Below, one piece after another: positions 9,601 through 18,612 of a stretch of DNA of 64,000 nt (within the stretch, counting starts at the first letter, position 1; every line of letters starts with the position of its first letter). The position numbers and the translations under genes were made by a program. The notes below the pieces were generated by a model, which did not search any database, was not told the origin of the DNA, and saw nothing but the letters and a program-made list of their open reading frames with translations. Where the stretch lies: assembly GCA_965209055.1 (NCBI GenBank), contig OZ242374.1, positions 5,984,001-6,048,000 of the forward strand, in the 5' to 3' direction. Source of the DNA: Acidobacteriota bacterium. Lineage in GTDB: Bacteria; Acidobacteriota; UBA6911; RPQK01; JAJDTT01.

Positions 9601-11851
9601 CAGCGTCGGCGCCGAGGCGTTGGCAGGGAGTGCCGATCTCGCCCTGTTCCCGTCCTGGGTCGACGCCGCGTTGGCGTCGGGTTGGACCTGGGTTCTGCTG
9701 GGCCGCCCGGACCGGGCGCGAGAGACGATGACGCGTCTCGAGGCGAAGGGTGCGGGTCGCGAAAAGGGACGCTTTCTTCTTTTGAGGAGCAGGATTCACC
9801 ACGATCTGGCGGAGTATGAGCGAGCATGCCATACCGCTTCCGAGGCGATAGAGACCCTCGCGCCGTACCTGCCGTACCATCGAGTGAAGGGGCTCCTGAG
9901 CCTTGCGGAGACTCTCTTGGCGCTGGGCCGATCCTCCGGTGCCGAGAGCTGCATTCGAAAGGCCACGGAGCTTTCGACGGAGCATTCCTATTTGCCTCTG
10001 CTCGCAACGGCGCATCTCCTGAAGGCGAGGCATCTGCTGGCGGACAACTCGCCTGACCGCGCCCGAGTCCTCTCGCTTCGGGCGCTTCAACTGGTAAAGC
10101 ATATGGATCGGCCCGGACTGGAGTCCGAGTTGTACCGGGTTCGGGCCAATGCCGAGGTTGCGAGCGGTGATCTCAAGAAGGGCTTCCGCACCTACTCTCG
10201 ATCCTTGCGGATCTTGAAACAGAGGGCCATACACCTCTCGGCCGATTTGCAAATCACATTCTCCGAACGCTTCATCGCACCTATCGAGACCGAACGCGAC
10301 CGGGCTTTCCGCCGGATTTCCAAGCATCCCGCGCCCGGGCATCTGAGCCATCTGCACGAACTGGTCTCCTCCATGGGGGAACGAGGCGGACTGGCGGAGA
10401 TCGCCGAGGCGGCCCTGAAATGTGTCGCCAAGGGGGTCCCGGGTTTGGGGGCGAATCTGTTCGGCCGGGAGCACAGTTCCAGGCGATTCCGTCTTTTCGC
10501 CCATTGCGGCGCCTGCGTCAGTAGCGGACGCCACCACCTCCTCAAAATGAACGAAGACGCCGCGTTCGACAGATCGCTGGAGCAGGTCCACGGCAAGGAC
10601 GGATCCGTGGCGGTGCGATTCTACGGAGATGGAGAGCCGTTGGCTCTGCTCCATCTGGAGCCACCCCCTCAGGGTATGTCCGAAGAGGATCTGGACCTCC
10701 TGGCTTGCATCATCAAGCTCCTGGAATGGCAGTTGCCGATCCGGACCGAACGCCCTGCAGAGCGGCTCGACGCCCCGGCCGCGCTCACCCTGAAAGATTC
10801 CAGGTCAATCATTGGAGAGCATGATTCCATGAAGACCTTGTTCGGTCACATCCAACGGGCGGCGCGCTCCGACGCCACCGTCCTGATCTTTGGCGAGACC
10901 GGAACGGGCAAGGAACTGGTCGCCCAGGCTCTACATGACTACAGTCGCCGCTCCGACGGCCCCATGACGCCGGTCAACTGCGGTGCGCTCCCCAAGGAGC
11001 TCATCGAGAGCGAATTCTTCGGACACCGGCAGGGGAGTTTCACCGGCGCCGTGCGGGACAAGCCCGGACTCTTCGAGGCCGCGTCGGGCGGAACGTTGTT
11101 TCTGGACGAAATCGGCGCCCTGTCGCTGGACCTGCAGGTTCGGTTGCTCAGAGTGCTTCAGGAGCGGAAGGTGCGGCGCGTGGGCGAGACGAGGGAGAGA
11201 GCCGTGGATGTGAGGATCGTGGCTGCCACCAACCAGCCTCTGGAGGACCTGATCGAGAAGGGCTTGTTTCGGGAAGACCTCTATCACCGGCTGAACGTGT
11301 ACTACCTGGAGATTCCCCCGCTCCGGGAGCGTCCCACGGACATCCCCCACTTGGCCCAGTTCTTCCTGGACTCCTTCAACCGGCGCTGGGGCACCAGGAA
11401 GACCCTTTCCGCAAGAGTTCGGCTCCACTTGACCCGGTATGACTATCCCGGCAACGTCCGGGAGCTGGAAAACATCCTGGAGAGCGCCTATCACCTTTGC
11501 GATGAGGCCATTGACCTGCCCGAGGTCTCTTCACGGCTCGCGCGATCGAAGAAGGAATCCTCGAGGGCCGAGAGGCTCGCCAATCTCGTCGAGCGCATGG
11601 TGGACGGCCACGCCGACTTCTGGGACGACGTCCGGGACGTCTATCTTCGCCGCGATCTCACCCGGGACGACCTTCGCCAGATCGTCTCCGTCGGCTTGGA
11701 GGCCTGCGGTGGGAGCTACCAGCGCCTGGTGCACTGCCTCGGATTGCCCAAGGAGGACTACAAGAAGTTCCTCTCCTTTTTGTCCAACCACGGCTGCAAA
11801 GTCGACTTCCGTCCGTTTCGCGCCCTGAGGCCAAGACCTCCTGGGAGGTAA
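6677..11851 (+). CDS. Giant sigma-54-dependent activator: degenerate Ser/Thr kinase + P-loop ATPase + helical repeats + GAF-like + sigma-54 AAA+
   Basis: YASPE/SDLYSLG kinase lobe; LVGREDE, GHSGIGKT, NDLQWMD; GETGTGKE, VNCGAL, ESEFFGH, GSFTGA, FLDEIG, FREDLYHRL, PGNVRELEN. Start may lie slightly downstream. Confidence 0.88.
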   Translation: MSNNRTVLFREVAWPESREILCTSADRRSAPVSLRYRILRPLEPGPDLRVYLAVDEWDTARSKVLSLLPGKMTSPTGLRDVERLYDIRTALDHPWLHPVQDIAFRGKRPGFICDFLARKLIDKKGGHLTPCQAIKFSVQLAELLSFLHHRNFLCGYLRPSHLFVGKSGDLLLNLPAPKQRPAGKSWQTQAIRYASPEWISDRTASKESDLYSLGMVLYRLFTGHAPYMGTDSGTLRQKQILSYPVRPRMLNPDIPARVEQLILDLIQKDREFRPSSANHVSAALQAGDRLSAPPTPPFRTALVGREDESTTLREILDIHIRNPKPRWVSIAGHSGIGKTALMERVETAARLRRATTFSVSHHPGDGALDAFQSDSEPGQRWRFTDAWREAGNTTQLTHCLLSFLRKASSLAPVVFCINDLQWMDEVSLELYRRALRNDPISILFVANYRTDERPGHWKTLKLELERFGQLDEVRLARLHLLESERLVESLLGGPDPAAVPAILRESTGIPLYIRESLRHMRETGQLAFRSGRWRSAPFQTRSSFLPAGASRKITAHLNRLTPEQREILDHLALIGKPISAAGLARILQTSDESLSEKIHALERLNLACVSGRLHAPVFSVAHNWTARTIVRRVGDSPSKCRQIHKRIGSVLERRFQRSNDTLVLQDFVRHYIGAHEIGKVRQYIWAALLRLCERRAYADASGLLRLARRLGALPMDSRDRVKKSAEIMYVGGSLKECRDFCLKQLDSGPSQPDDRVYLLSMVARIHIHVGSMKRGMEALQEALGILEHSPTEFLKGELQAKWLDAMSRMGKHPEAGPVAAQMLAQSQKNKALAEKYHPAFASLAWANGDLDQATHWQLASVRSAIRRHRSISLGRRIADLSVLYSDRGQFKAARNSARYSLSLASEYGNPEVVILAQKALAIHSRKLGHHRHAARRLRDLIARNRGLNQNRHTEVELQIELTKNLNHLLDLETAVSVGAEALAGSADLALFPSWVDAALASGWTWVLLGRPDRARETMTRLEAKGAGREKGRFLLLRSRIHHDLAEYERACHTASEAIETLAPYLPYHRVKGLLSLAETLLALGRSSGAESCIRKATELSTEHSYLPLLATAHLLKARHLLADNSPDRARVLSLRALQLVKHMDRPGLESELYRVRANAEVASGDLKKGFRTYSRSLRILKQRAIHLSADLQITFSERFIAPIETERDRAFRRISKHPAPGHLSHLHELVSSMGERGGLAEIAEAALKCVAKGVPGLGANLFGREHSSRRFRLFAHCGACVSSGRHHLLKMNEDAAFDRSLEQVHGKDGSVAVRFYGDGEPLALLHLEPPPQGMSEEDLDLLACIIKLLEWQLPIRTERPAERLDAPAALTLKDSRSIIGEHDSMKTLFGHIQRAARSDATVLIFGETGTGKELVAQALHDYSRRSDGPMTPVNCGALPKELIESEFFGHRQGSFTGAVRDKPGLFEAASGGTLFLDEIGALSLDLQVRLLRVLQERKVRRVGETRERAVDVRIVAATNQPLEDLIEKGLFREDLYHRLNVYYLEIPPLRERPTDIPHLAQFFLDSFNRRWGTRKTLSARVRLHLTRYDYPGNVRELENILESAYHLCDEAIDLPEVSSRLARSKKESSRAERLANLVERMVDGHADFWDDVRDVYLRRDLTRDDLRQIVSVGLEACGGSYQRLVHCLGLPKEDYKKFLSFLSNHGCKVDFRPFRALRPRPPGR

Positions 11852-11921
11852 CGAACACGCGAAAGCGCTTCGGGTCGCTCGTGGTCGGTTTGGCGACCCG
11901 GTAAAGGTCGCCACGCCTCAC
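11850..11921 (-). pseudogene. Truncated PemK/MazF toxin remnant
   Basis: GTG overlaps the antitoxin stop (GTGA). MRRGDLYRV...DPKRFRVFV is a PemK-type N-terminus; similarity is lost where it meets the convergent activator gene. Confidence 0.7.
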
Positions 11922-12148
11922 GTTTCCACCTGATAGCCAAGAACATCGACCGCTTCTTCGTTGAGTTCATCGGCATGCATATTGATGATCTCGCGGTCGC
12001 GCTCGTCCATCGCGGCTCGTTCTCTCTCGGCGAAGCTGTCGCGGAGCAGCCTCTCGATCGGTTGAGATCGGCTTTCACCTTCACGAGTCACCGCTTCGAG
12101 GGCGGCCAAAACATCCTCTGCGAGTGTGACTGATGTCTTCAGCTTCAT
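11918..12148 (-). CDS. Ribbon-helix-helix antitoxin
   Basis: MKLKTSVTLAEDVL...SRSQPIERLL RHH pattern, acidic C-terminus (ELNEEAVDVLGYQ), coupled to PemK remnant. Confidence 0.8.
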   Translation of the reverse strand: MKLKTSVTLAEDVLAALEAVTREGESRSQPIERLLRDSFAERERAAMDERDREIINMHADELNEEAVDVLGYQVET

Positions 12149-12333
12149 ACCACAATCACACTCCATCGAAGGTTGTTGTGGGTATTGACAAGGGTCAGCA
12201 GTGAGGCCTATGGAATGCCGACTCGGGCTCCACGTGATCCACGCACGGAGCCGATCGTACGACTGGCTTCCTGCAGGAATCCTGCTGACCGCCGGCTTGT
12301 TCCGAGCCTACGAAAGCACTTGAATCCAGCGTT

Positions 12334-13041
12334 TCACCCGAACACATGAATCCCGACGGAGACCAGCACTCCGTTCGTGGCATACCGGTAGTCGAGCCGC
12401 ACCGACTCGTCGGCGACCACCCAGTCGGTGATCGAACGGATGTAGCGGACTCGGAAATCGACCGGCCACTTGAGGCGCAGCGTGGTTCCCGCGCCGATGG
12501 ACCACGGCCTTCTTCCCAGCCGTTCCCGGTCCTCACCGGCCACTCCGGTCGCGGGATTCGTCGCTCCGCTCGCGAACTCGGTCCAGTTTCGGCGGATCCC
12601 CGCCAGGACGTAGATGTCCGCGAGTCCAGCGGCGGCTCTTCGGCCCAGGATGATGTTTCCGCCCGCGCCCCCCAGGTCGTTGTAGTCCCAACGTCCGGGC
12701 CAGACGTCGTGAACGTTACCGCTCCGGGTCGGCGAGATTGTGCCTTCCAGCATCCGCCGGCTGGAGACGACCGCCTCGAGCTCGCCGCCCACCAGCCAGC
12801 TTCCGGGCAGGCCGAGGCGCGCTCCGAACGCCACGCTGCCCGCCAACGCGGCGCCCGCTGAGGACGACGTGCTGGAACTGGACCCGCCCCCGATGGTCAC
12901 CTTCTTGGTGTGTTCCACCGTGACCTGGCCCGCTTCGGCGCCCACCCGCAGGTAGAAGGGGGACTGGCCGCGGGCGTCGCCCATACCGGAGCCGACGACG
13001 GTCACCGCTATCCAACCGATCCATTTGGCTAGAGATTTCAA
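12334..13041 (-). CDS. Putative outer-membrane beta-barrel protein (start uncertain, TTG)
   Basis: Signal-like N-terminus, alternating beta-strand pattern, aromatic girdle residues, C-terminal VSVGIHVFG. Confidence 0.6.
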   Translation of the reverse strand: MKSLAKWIGWIAVTVVGSGMGDARGQSPFYLRVGAEAGQVTVEHTKKVTIGGGSSSSTSSSAGAALAGSVAFGARLGLPGSWLVGGELEAVVSSRRMLEGTISPTRSGNVHDVWPGRWDYNDLGGAGGNIILGRRAAAGLADIYVLAGIRRNWTEFASGATNPATGVAGEDRERLGRRPWSIGAGTTLRLKWPVDFRVRYIRSITDWVVADESVRLDYRYATNGVLVSVGIHVFG

Positions 13042-13254
13042 GAGCTTCGACTCCCTTCCGGAGAACCACCAAGGAACAACAACCCGAGCCCGCCGATCTG
13101 TGGGAATCAGCCTATGGTTCGTCGAAGCCGCGGTCAACTTCCAGGAACCGGGCTTGCTCTCGATTTCAGGCGGGACGATCAGGCGGGACCGGTTGGGGGG
13201 AGAACCAGGCCGCGGGCGCGGGGACCGATCGGCGTTGAGGGTTCGTCCCCGCGA

Positions 13255-13362
13255 TGAGCGGGAGTTTTCCAGCCGCCACAATTCGTTGGCGAAAAGCGGC
13301 AACGCGGAAGGAGGGGGACAGGAACGTCTCCCCTCCCACTGGGCGACAGGAAAGTCGCCCCT
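13255..13362. repeat. REP-like hairpin cluster
   Basis: GGAGGGGGACAGGAACGTCTCCCCTCC and GGGCGACAGGAAAGTCGCCC hairpins; the latter recurs as CGGCGACAGGAGAGTCGCCG near 63378. Confidence 0.55.
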
Positions 13363-13376
13363 CCTGACTCATGGGC

Positions 13377-13583
13377 CTACTCGGCGAATTTCTGTACGGC
13401 TTTCGGGGCGAATGCGGCGACCAGGAAATACAGGACCAGCTCGGTCTTGCCGCTGCCCGACCCCCAGCCGAACACCTCGACGCACGCGAGCACGGCCGCC
13501 ACGATCAATGCCAACATGGACATCAGGCGCATTGAGGATGGATTGCCGTCGCCATCCGACATGAACTTTTTTGCGTTACTCAT
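13377..13583 (-). CDS. Small 2-TM membrane protein (holin-like architecture)
   Basis: 68 aa, GGAGGA RBS, two hydrophobic segments, basic C-tail AFAPKAVQKFAE. Confidence 0.7.
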   Translation of the reverse strand: MSNAKKFMSDGDGNPSSMRLMSMLALIVAAVLACVEVFGWGSGSGKTELVLYFLVAAFAPKAVQKFAE

Positions 13584-13660
13584 ACCGTCCTCCAAAGCTG
13601 TGAAAATGAATTTTTTTGGAATCGCTCAGGGCTCTTTCTCCCGCGGCACCCCGCTGCGGG

Positions 13661-14185
13661 TCACACGACCCCCGGGAGCCCCGCGATCCTGGCGGCGATC
13701 TTCAGGCTGATGGAAAACGCCTTGAAAACGCCGTTCACCACACCGGCCAGTTCCTTCTGTTCCCGAACCTCCTGCGCCGCGGCGTCGACGCCGGCGCGGA
13801 GGCCGTCCAGTTCGGCTGCGGTGAACAACCGGTCCCAAGTGAGCACGGCGCCGACGGACAGCGTGAACAGCTTCGCGTCGATGTCCCCCTTCTGCTCCAG
13901 GAGATCCGAGTATCCGCGCGCATCGAGTTCGGTGTCGTAGAGGAGCCGGTCGTCGATGACCCTGCGCTCCTGCAGCAGGACTCTCTTGACCTCCCCGCTC
14001 TCGGCGGACCCGGCGGCGCCTGCGCTGTCGACCGCTTCCCTGACCCGCTCGATGGCAGCCATCGCGGCGCTCTCCAATCCGGCCGTCCCGGCGTCGTCTC
14101 GCTGGTCCCGCAGACCCACGGCCTCCTGCAGCAGAGAACGGGTGTCCTTGGCGATTCCCATCAGATTTCCCATGTTCAAATCCAT
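13661..14185 (-). CDS. Hypothetical alpha-helical protein with amphipathic C-terminal helix
   Basis: GAGGAG RBS, 3 bp from upstream gene, C-terminus GVFKAFSISLKIAARIAGL. Confidence 0.7.
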   Translation of the reverse strand: MDLNMGNLMGIAKDTRSLLQEAVGLRDQRDDAGTAGLESAAMAAIERVREAVDSAGAAGSAESGEVKRVLLQERRVIDDRLLYDTELDARGYSDLLEQKGDIDAKLFTLSVGAVLTWDRLFTAAELDGLRAGVDAAAQEVREQKELAGVVNGVFKAFSISLKIAARIAGLPGVV

Positions 14186-14188
14186 GCC

Positions 14189-14878
14189 CTACTCCTCGTC
14201 CGGAACCCGTTCGATCACGCGGTCCAGCACATCCAGAAACTCCCGGAATCCCCTCACGGCTTCCTCCAGGCGGTCCCGCTCTTCCTCGATTCCGGCCGCT
14301 GCCTGTTCCTGCTCGACCGAAGGCGACCGGCGGAGGCGCCGCGCCTCGGCCACGGCCAGGGCGACGCGGGAGAGGTCGATCTCGCCGACCCGCTTGGACA
14401 GCGACGTGTCGGACAGGTACCGGGTCAGTTCCACCTGCCCGATCCTCAACCGGATGACCAGCGAGATCAGCCGGTCGAGCCCGGACCGGCGTTGACCGTC
14501 GATCTCCCGGAGCCGGCGCAACTGGGCCGCGGAGACTTCGTCGGCCGCCAGATCGATCTCGGCGAGACGCATGAGAACCGCTGTCCGGAACGGCTCCTTC
14601 GCCCACGACGTCCGGAGTCGCAGGGCGAGCTCCGCATGGCGGAATTCCCGCCGCTTCAGCCGGGCTTGAGCCAGTTCCGATTCGACGGCGCCGTAATAGA
14701 ACTCCATGGCTTCCTGCCAGGCTTGTTTGTCTTGCCGCAGTTTCTTTTCGATCCGGTCCAGCGCACCGGTGATCTTCTCGGACAACCGGACGATTCCGGC
14801 GGGAGCGTCCTTGGCGGGGGTGGCGGCGGGGAACAGCAAAACGAGGAACAGGGCGAGGAGAGTCCGTGTGCGGGTCAT
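14189..14878 (-). CDS. Hypothetical secreted coiled-coil protein
   Basis: Signal peptide MTRTRTLLALFLVLLFPAATPA; ATGA overlap with upstream gene; heptad-rich. Confidence 0.75.
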   Translation of the reverse strand: MTRTRTLLALFLVLLFPAATPAKDAPAGIVRLSEKITGALDRIEKKLRQDKQAWQEAMEFYYGAVESELAQARLKRREFRHAELALRLRTSWAKEPFRTAVLMRLAEIDLAADEVSAAQLRRLREIDGQRRSGLDRLISLVIRLRIGQVELTRYLSDTSLSKRVGEIDLSRVALAVAEARRLRRSPSVEQEQAAAGIEEERDRLEEAVRGFREFLDVLDRVIERVPDEE

Positions 14879-15390
14879 TGTGGAGTCCCCCCGTCCTGAC
14901 GCTTCAGGAGGCGTTCCAGACCGGAGCCGATCTCCCTCATCCGATCGGCGCCGGGACCAATGTCGGTCATGACGTACTCGTGGATCAGAGACTGGCTCCG
15001 GTACAGCATGTCCAGAAGGCTGCCGAGGACGTCCATCTGCTCTTCGTGTTTCGGCCGCAGTTTCCGCAAGGGGCCCGGCCGGTGCGCTTCCTGGGCCTGA
15101 ATTTGCGCGATCCTCACCGCGATGGCGGCGGAAGCCTCCAGGGGATCGGGGTCATGATTGGCCTTGACCGTCTCGACGGTGCGCTTCAAAACCCGGGCTT
15201 CCCGCCGCAACTCCACAGCGGAAGCGAACAATTCATCCACGTGGGCCTGGTAGTCGGAGACGTTCTGTTGCGCGGACAGCAATCCCTCCAACTGGGTGGC
15301 GGAGGCGTTCTTGATATAGCTGGGCTTGGCGCAGGCGGACAGGGGAAGAATCAGCACTGCGGCGATCAGCGAGCGGCGGATTTCGTGCAT
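14875..15390 (-). CDS. Hypothetical helical lipoprotein
   Basis: MHEIRRSLIAAVLILPLSA-C lipobox; coupled to downstream gene. Confidence 0.75.
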   Translation of the reverse strand: MHEIRRSLIAAVLILPLSACAKPSYIKNASATQLEGLLSAQQNVSDYQAHVDELFASAVELRREARVLKRTVETVKANHDPDPLEASAAIAVRIAQIQAQEAHRPGPLRKLRPKHEEQMDVLGSLLDMLYRSQSLIHEYVMTDIGPGADRMREIGSGLERLLKRQDGGTPQ

Positions 15391-16167
15391 GGCAAAGCAA
15401 ATGCGTGGCATGGGTTCTTCCTTCCCGGAATGCAGGATGACGGATTTGGCCGCGTGGTCGGCGGCCGCGATTTGAGGAGGCGATGCGCCCCGGTCCGAAT
15501 TGAGTTCAGACGGGTAATTGGAAGGCGGCGACGCAGGAGCGGACGACCATTGCCGAGGACGGTAGCACGAATGGGAGGGAGAATGCTACATGCTGTGAAC
15601 AACCAACCCGGACGGCCATTGGCTGCGGATGCCGGCCATCGCCGGCATCCGCGACAAGCATGCCGCCCGTTACGCGGCGATTGGATGTTCGCGCTGTATC
15701 AGGAGACTCCTGGACGGCGTGCGGATCTTTCCCAGGGAACAGCACGCAGGACCTGACCCGGCAACTTCCACGGATTTCCAGGGGCCTCCCGAAGTCGGCA
15801 CACCTGTGTCTTTGTGAAACCACCGGGCTGAGTTTCCGAAATACAACTCCAATGGACTCATCGTCCGGCGCAGGACGAGTTGGTTTAGATGCAGTGGCGG
15901 CTCCTTCATGTGGCGGAGCCGACTTGACGATCCAGCAATGAGCATCACATTAAAACCCTTAACGAATGCTATGGTAGATTATAGACTCATTATGTGATTC
16001 CATCGTGATTATTTGTCCTGTATAGGTGACTTTTTTGTGAATGATCTTGAAGGCGCGTCAATGGACACCGGACAAGTTCGACGTTCCCCGAATCCGGTTC
16101 CTTCATCGAGCGCACACTTGGCAGCATCGAATTACGCCCTGCTCTTCAGGCCGGCGAGGATGGGCCG

Positions 16168-18528
16168 ATGAAAAGCCTCGAAGAGCTGAACAACGAAAAC
16201 AGGGTGTTGCGCGAACGACTCTCCCAGCTAAGCGCCGCCAGTCTGCGGATCAGCGCGAGCCTCGACGTCAACACCGTGTTGCGCGGGGTCGTTGAAAGCG
16301 CCCGGTCCCTGACCCGTTCTCGCTTTGGCGCCATCGTGACCATCGACGGTTCGGGACAGATTCAGGAATTCGTGACTTCCGGCATCACTCCCGAAGAGAA
16401 GCAAGGAATGGCGAACTGGGCCGACGGTCCCCGGCTCTTCGCACACTTCCGGGACCTTCCGGGGGCGCTGAGAATTCGAGACCTGCCCGCCTACGTCGAG
16501 TCGCTCCTGGGCTACTGCCCACCCCAGATTCTGTCGAAGGCCTTCCAGGGAACGCCCATGCGTTATCGGGGAATCTATGTCGGGAACTTCTTTCTGGGCG
16601 AGAAGGAAGGCGGACAGGATTTCACGAGCCAGGACGAGGAAATTCTCGTGATGTTCGCTGCACAGGCAGCGACGGCCATCGCCAACGCCCGCAAGCACCG
16701 GGAGGAGCAGCGTGCCCGGGCCGACCTGGAAGCCCTGATCGACACCTCGCCGGTGGGCGTCGCAGTCTTCGACGCCAAAACCGGCAGTGTGGTGTCGTTT
16801 AACCGGGAGTTGAAGCGGATCGTCGAGAAACTGCGCATGCCGGGCCGGTCCTTGGAGCAGCTACCGGAGGTCATCACCCTGCGGCGCGCCGACGGCCAGG
16901 AGTTCGCCTTCTCGGAACTCCCCCTCTCCGAGGCGCTGAGCCGCGGCGAAACCGTGCGTGCCGAGGAGATTGTTCTCGAGGTCCCCGACGGACGAAGCGT
17001 CACGACCCTGGTCAACCTCACGCCGATCCGTTCGGAAGACGGCGAAGTCGTATCCACGGTCGTCACCCTGCAGGACTTGGCGCCGCTGGAAGAGTTGGAA
17101 CGTTTGAGGGTCGAGTTCCTGGGCCTGGTGAGCCACGAACTACGGACTCCGCTGACCTCCATCAAGGGCTCGACCGCCACCGTGCTGGGCGCTGCGCCGG
17201 CTTTGGATCCGGCAGAGATGCTCCAATTCTTCCGCATCATCGACGAACAGGCCGACCACATGCGCGGCCTGATCAGCGATCTTCTTGACGCGGGACGCAT
17301 CGAGACGGGCACCCTGTCGGTCACTCTCGAAAACACGGCGGTGGCCACTTTGGTGGAACAGGCTCGGAAGACGTTCCTGAGCGGCGGCGGCAGACACATT
17401 ATTCAAATCGACCTGCCCCCGGACCTGCCCCCGGTGATGGCGGACAGCAGGCGCATTGTCCAGGTATTGAACAACCTCTTGTCCAACTCTTCCCGGAATT
17501 CTCCCGAATCTTCTCCCATCGGGATCTCCGCCGTGAGAGATGACGTTTACGTGTCGATCTCGGTATCGGACAAGGGCCGAGGGGTGCCGCCGGAACTGCT
17601 GCCGCCCCTGTTCAGGAAATATGCACGCGTCGACGGCGGTGATCGGGGGATCGCGGGTTCCGGTCTCGGCTTGGCCATCTGCAAGGGTCTGGTGGAGGCT
17701 CACGGGGGGCGAATCCGGGCCGAAAGCGGCGGTCCCGGAATGGGCGCCGTGTTCACTTTTACGATTCCGGTGGCCGAAGCAGAAGACGTCGCCGCGACGG
17801 CCAGCAAAGTCCGCAGCACGATCCGGCCGCATCGGGAAGAGCCGAAGCGAACGCCCATCCTGGTGGTCGACGACGACCCGCACACGCTCCATCACGTCCG
17901 GGACGCGCTGGCAACGGCCGGCTACACCCCGCTCCTGACGGGTGATCCTCAGGAGGTGTCCGAACTGATCAGAATCAAGAAACCGCGGCTGGTGCTGCTT
18001 GACCTGATGCTTCCCGGGACCGATGGAATAGAACTGATGGAGCGCCATCCCGAGATGGCCGAGCTGCCGGTCATCTTCATCTCCGGCTACGGAAGGGATG
18101 AAACCATCGCGAGGGCCTTGGAGGTCGGGGCTGCCGACTACATCGTCAAACCCTTTTCGCCGACGGAACTTGCCGCGAGAGTCGGGGCGGCGCTGCGGCG
18201 GAGCCATGAGCCGGCCGCACCCTTCCGGGTGGGAGACCTGGCCATCCACTACGCGGAACGCCGTGTGACCCTCGCCGGCCGTCCAGTACAGTTGACGGCT
18301 ACCGAATACGAACTGCTCCGCGTCCTCTCCGTCAATGCTGGACGGGTCACGACGTACGAGGCCCTGTTGCGCCAAGTCTGGGGCCGACTCAATTCCGGCG
18401 ATTATCGTCCGGTGCGCGCCTTCGTCAAGAAGCTCCGCTACAAGCTGGGCGACAAAGCGTCCAGTCCGACCTACATCTTTACCGAGCGCCAGGTCGGCTA
18501 CCGGATGGGCGCGCCCGACGACTTGTAA
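16168..18528 (+). CDS. Hybrid sensor: GAF-PAS-HisKA-HATPase-REC-OmpR winged helix
   Basis: VSHELRTPL H-box, NNLLSN, DKGRG, GSGLGL; ILVVDDD, LLDLMLP, KPF; LTATEYELL...LRYKL...VGYR. Confidence 0.92.
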   Translation: MKSLEELNNENRVLRERLSQLSAASLRISASLDVNTVLRGVVESARSLTRSRFGAIVTIDGSGQIQEFVTSGITPEEKQGMANWADGPRLFAHFRDLPGALRIRDLPAYVESLLGYCPPQILSKAFQGTPMRYRGIYVGNFFLGEKEGGQDFTSQDEEILVMFAAQAATAIANARKHREEQRARADLEALIDTSPVGVAVFDAKTGSVVSFNRELKRIVEKLRMPGRSLEQLPEVITLRRADGQEFAFSELPLSEALSRGETVRAEEIVLEVPDGRSVTTLVNLTPIRSEDGEVVSTVVTLQDLAPLEELERLRVEFLGLVSHELRTPLTSIKGSTATVLGAAPALDPAEMLQFFRIIDEQADHMRGLISDLLDAGRIETGTLSVTLENTAVATLVEQARKTFLSGGGRHIIQIDLPPDLPPVMADSRRIVQVLNNLLSNSSRNSPESSPIGISAVRDDVYVSISVSDKGRGVPPELLPPLFRKYARVDGGDRGIAGSGLGLAICKGLVEAHGGRIRAESGGPGMGAVFTFTIPVAEAEDVAATASKVRSTIRPHREEPKRTPILVVDDDPHTLHHVRDALATAGYTPLLTGDPQEVSELIRIKKPRLVLLDLMLPGTDGIELMERHPEMAELPVIFISGYGRDETIARALEVGAADYIVKPFSPTELAARVGAALRRSHEPAAPFRVGDLAIHYAERRVTLAGRPVQLTATEYELLRVLSVNAGRVTTYEALLRQVWGRLNSGDYRPVRAFVKKLRYKLGDKASSPTYIFTERQVGYRMGAPDDL

Positions 18529-18612
18529 GAACCCGCGTTTCCAGGTCGTAGAGGACTGCCGCAGGAATCCGACAACGGAATTGTCTGCCGGCAGGTTCCA
18601 GCCCGCACCCGA

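Noticed and set aside
11030-11050. GSFTGA in place of GAFTGA as a sign of an inactive activator
   Set aside because: GSFTGA is a common variant among sigma-54 activators
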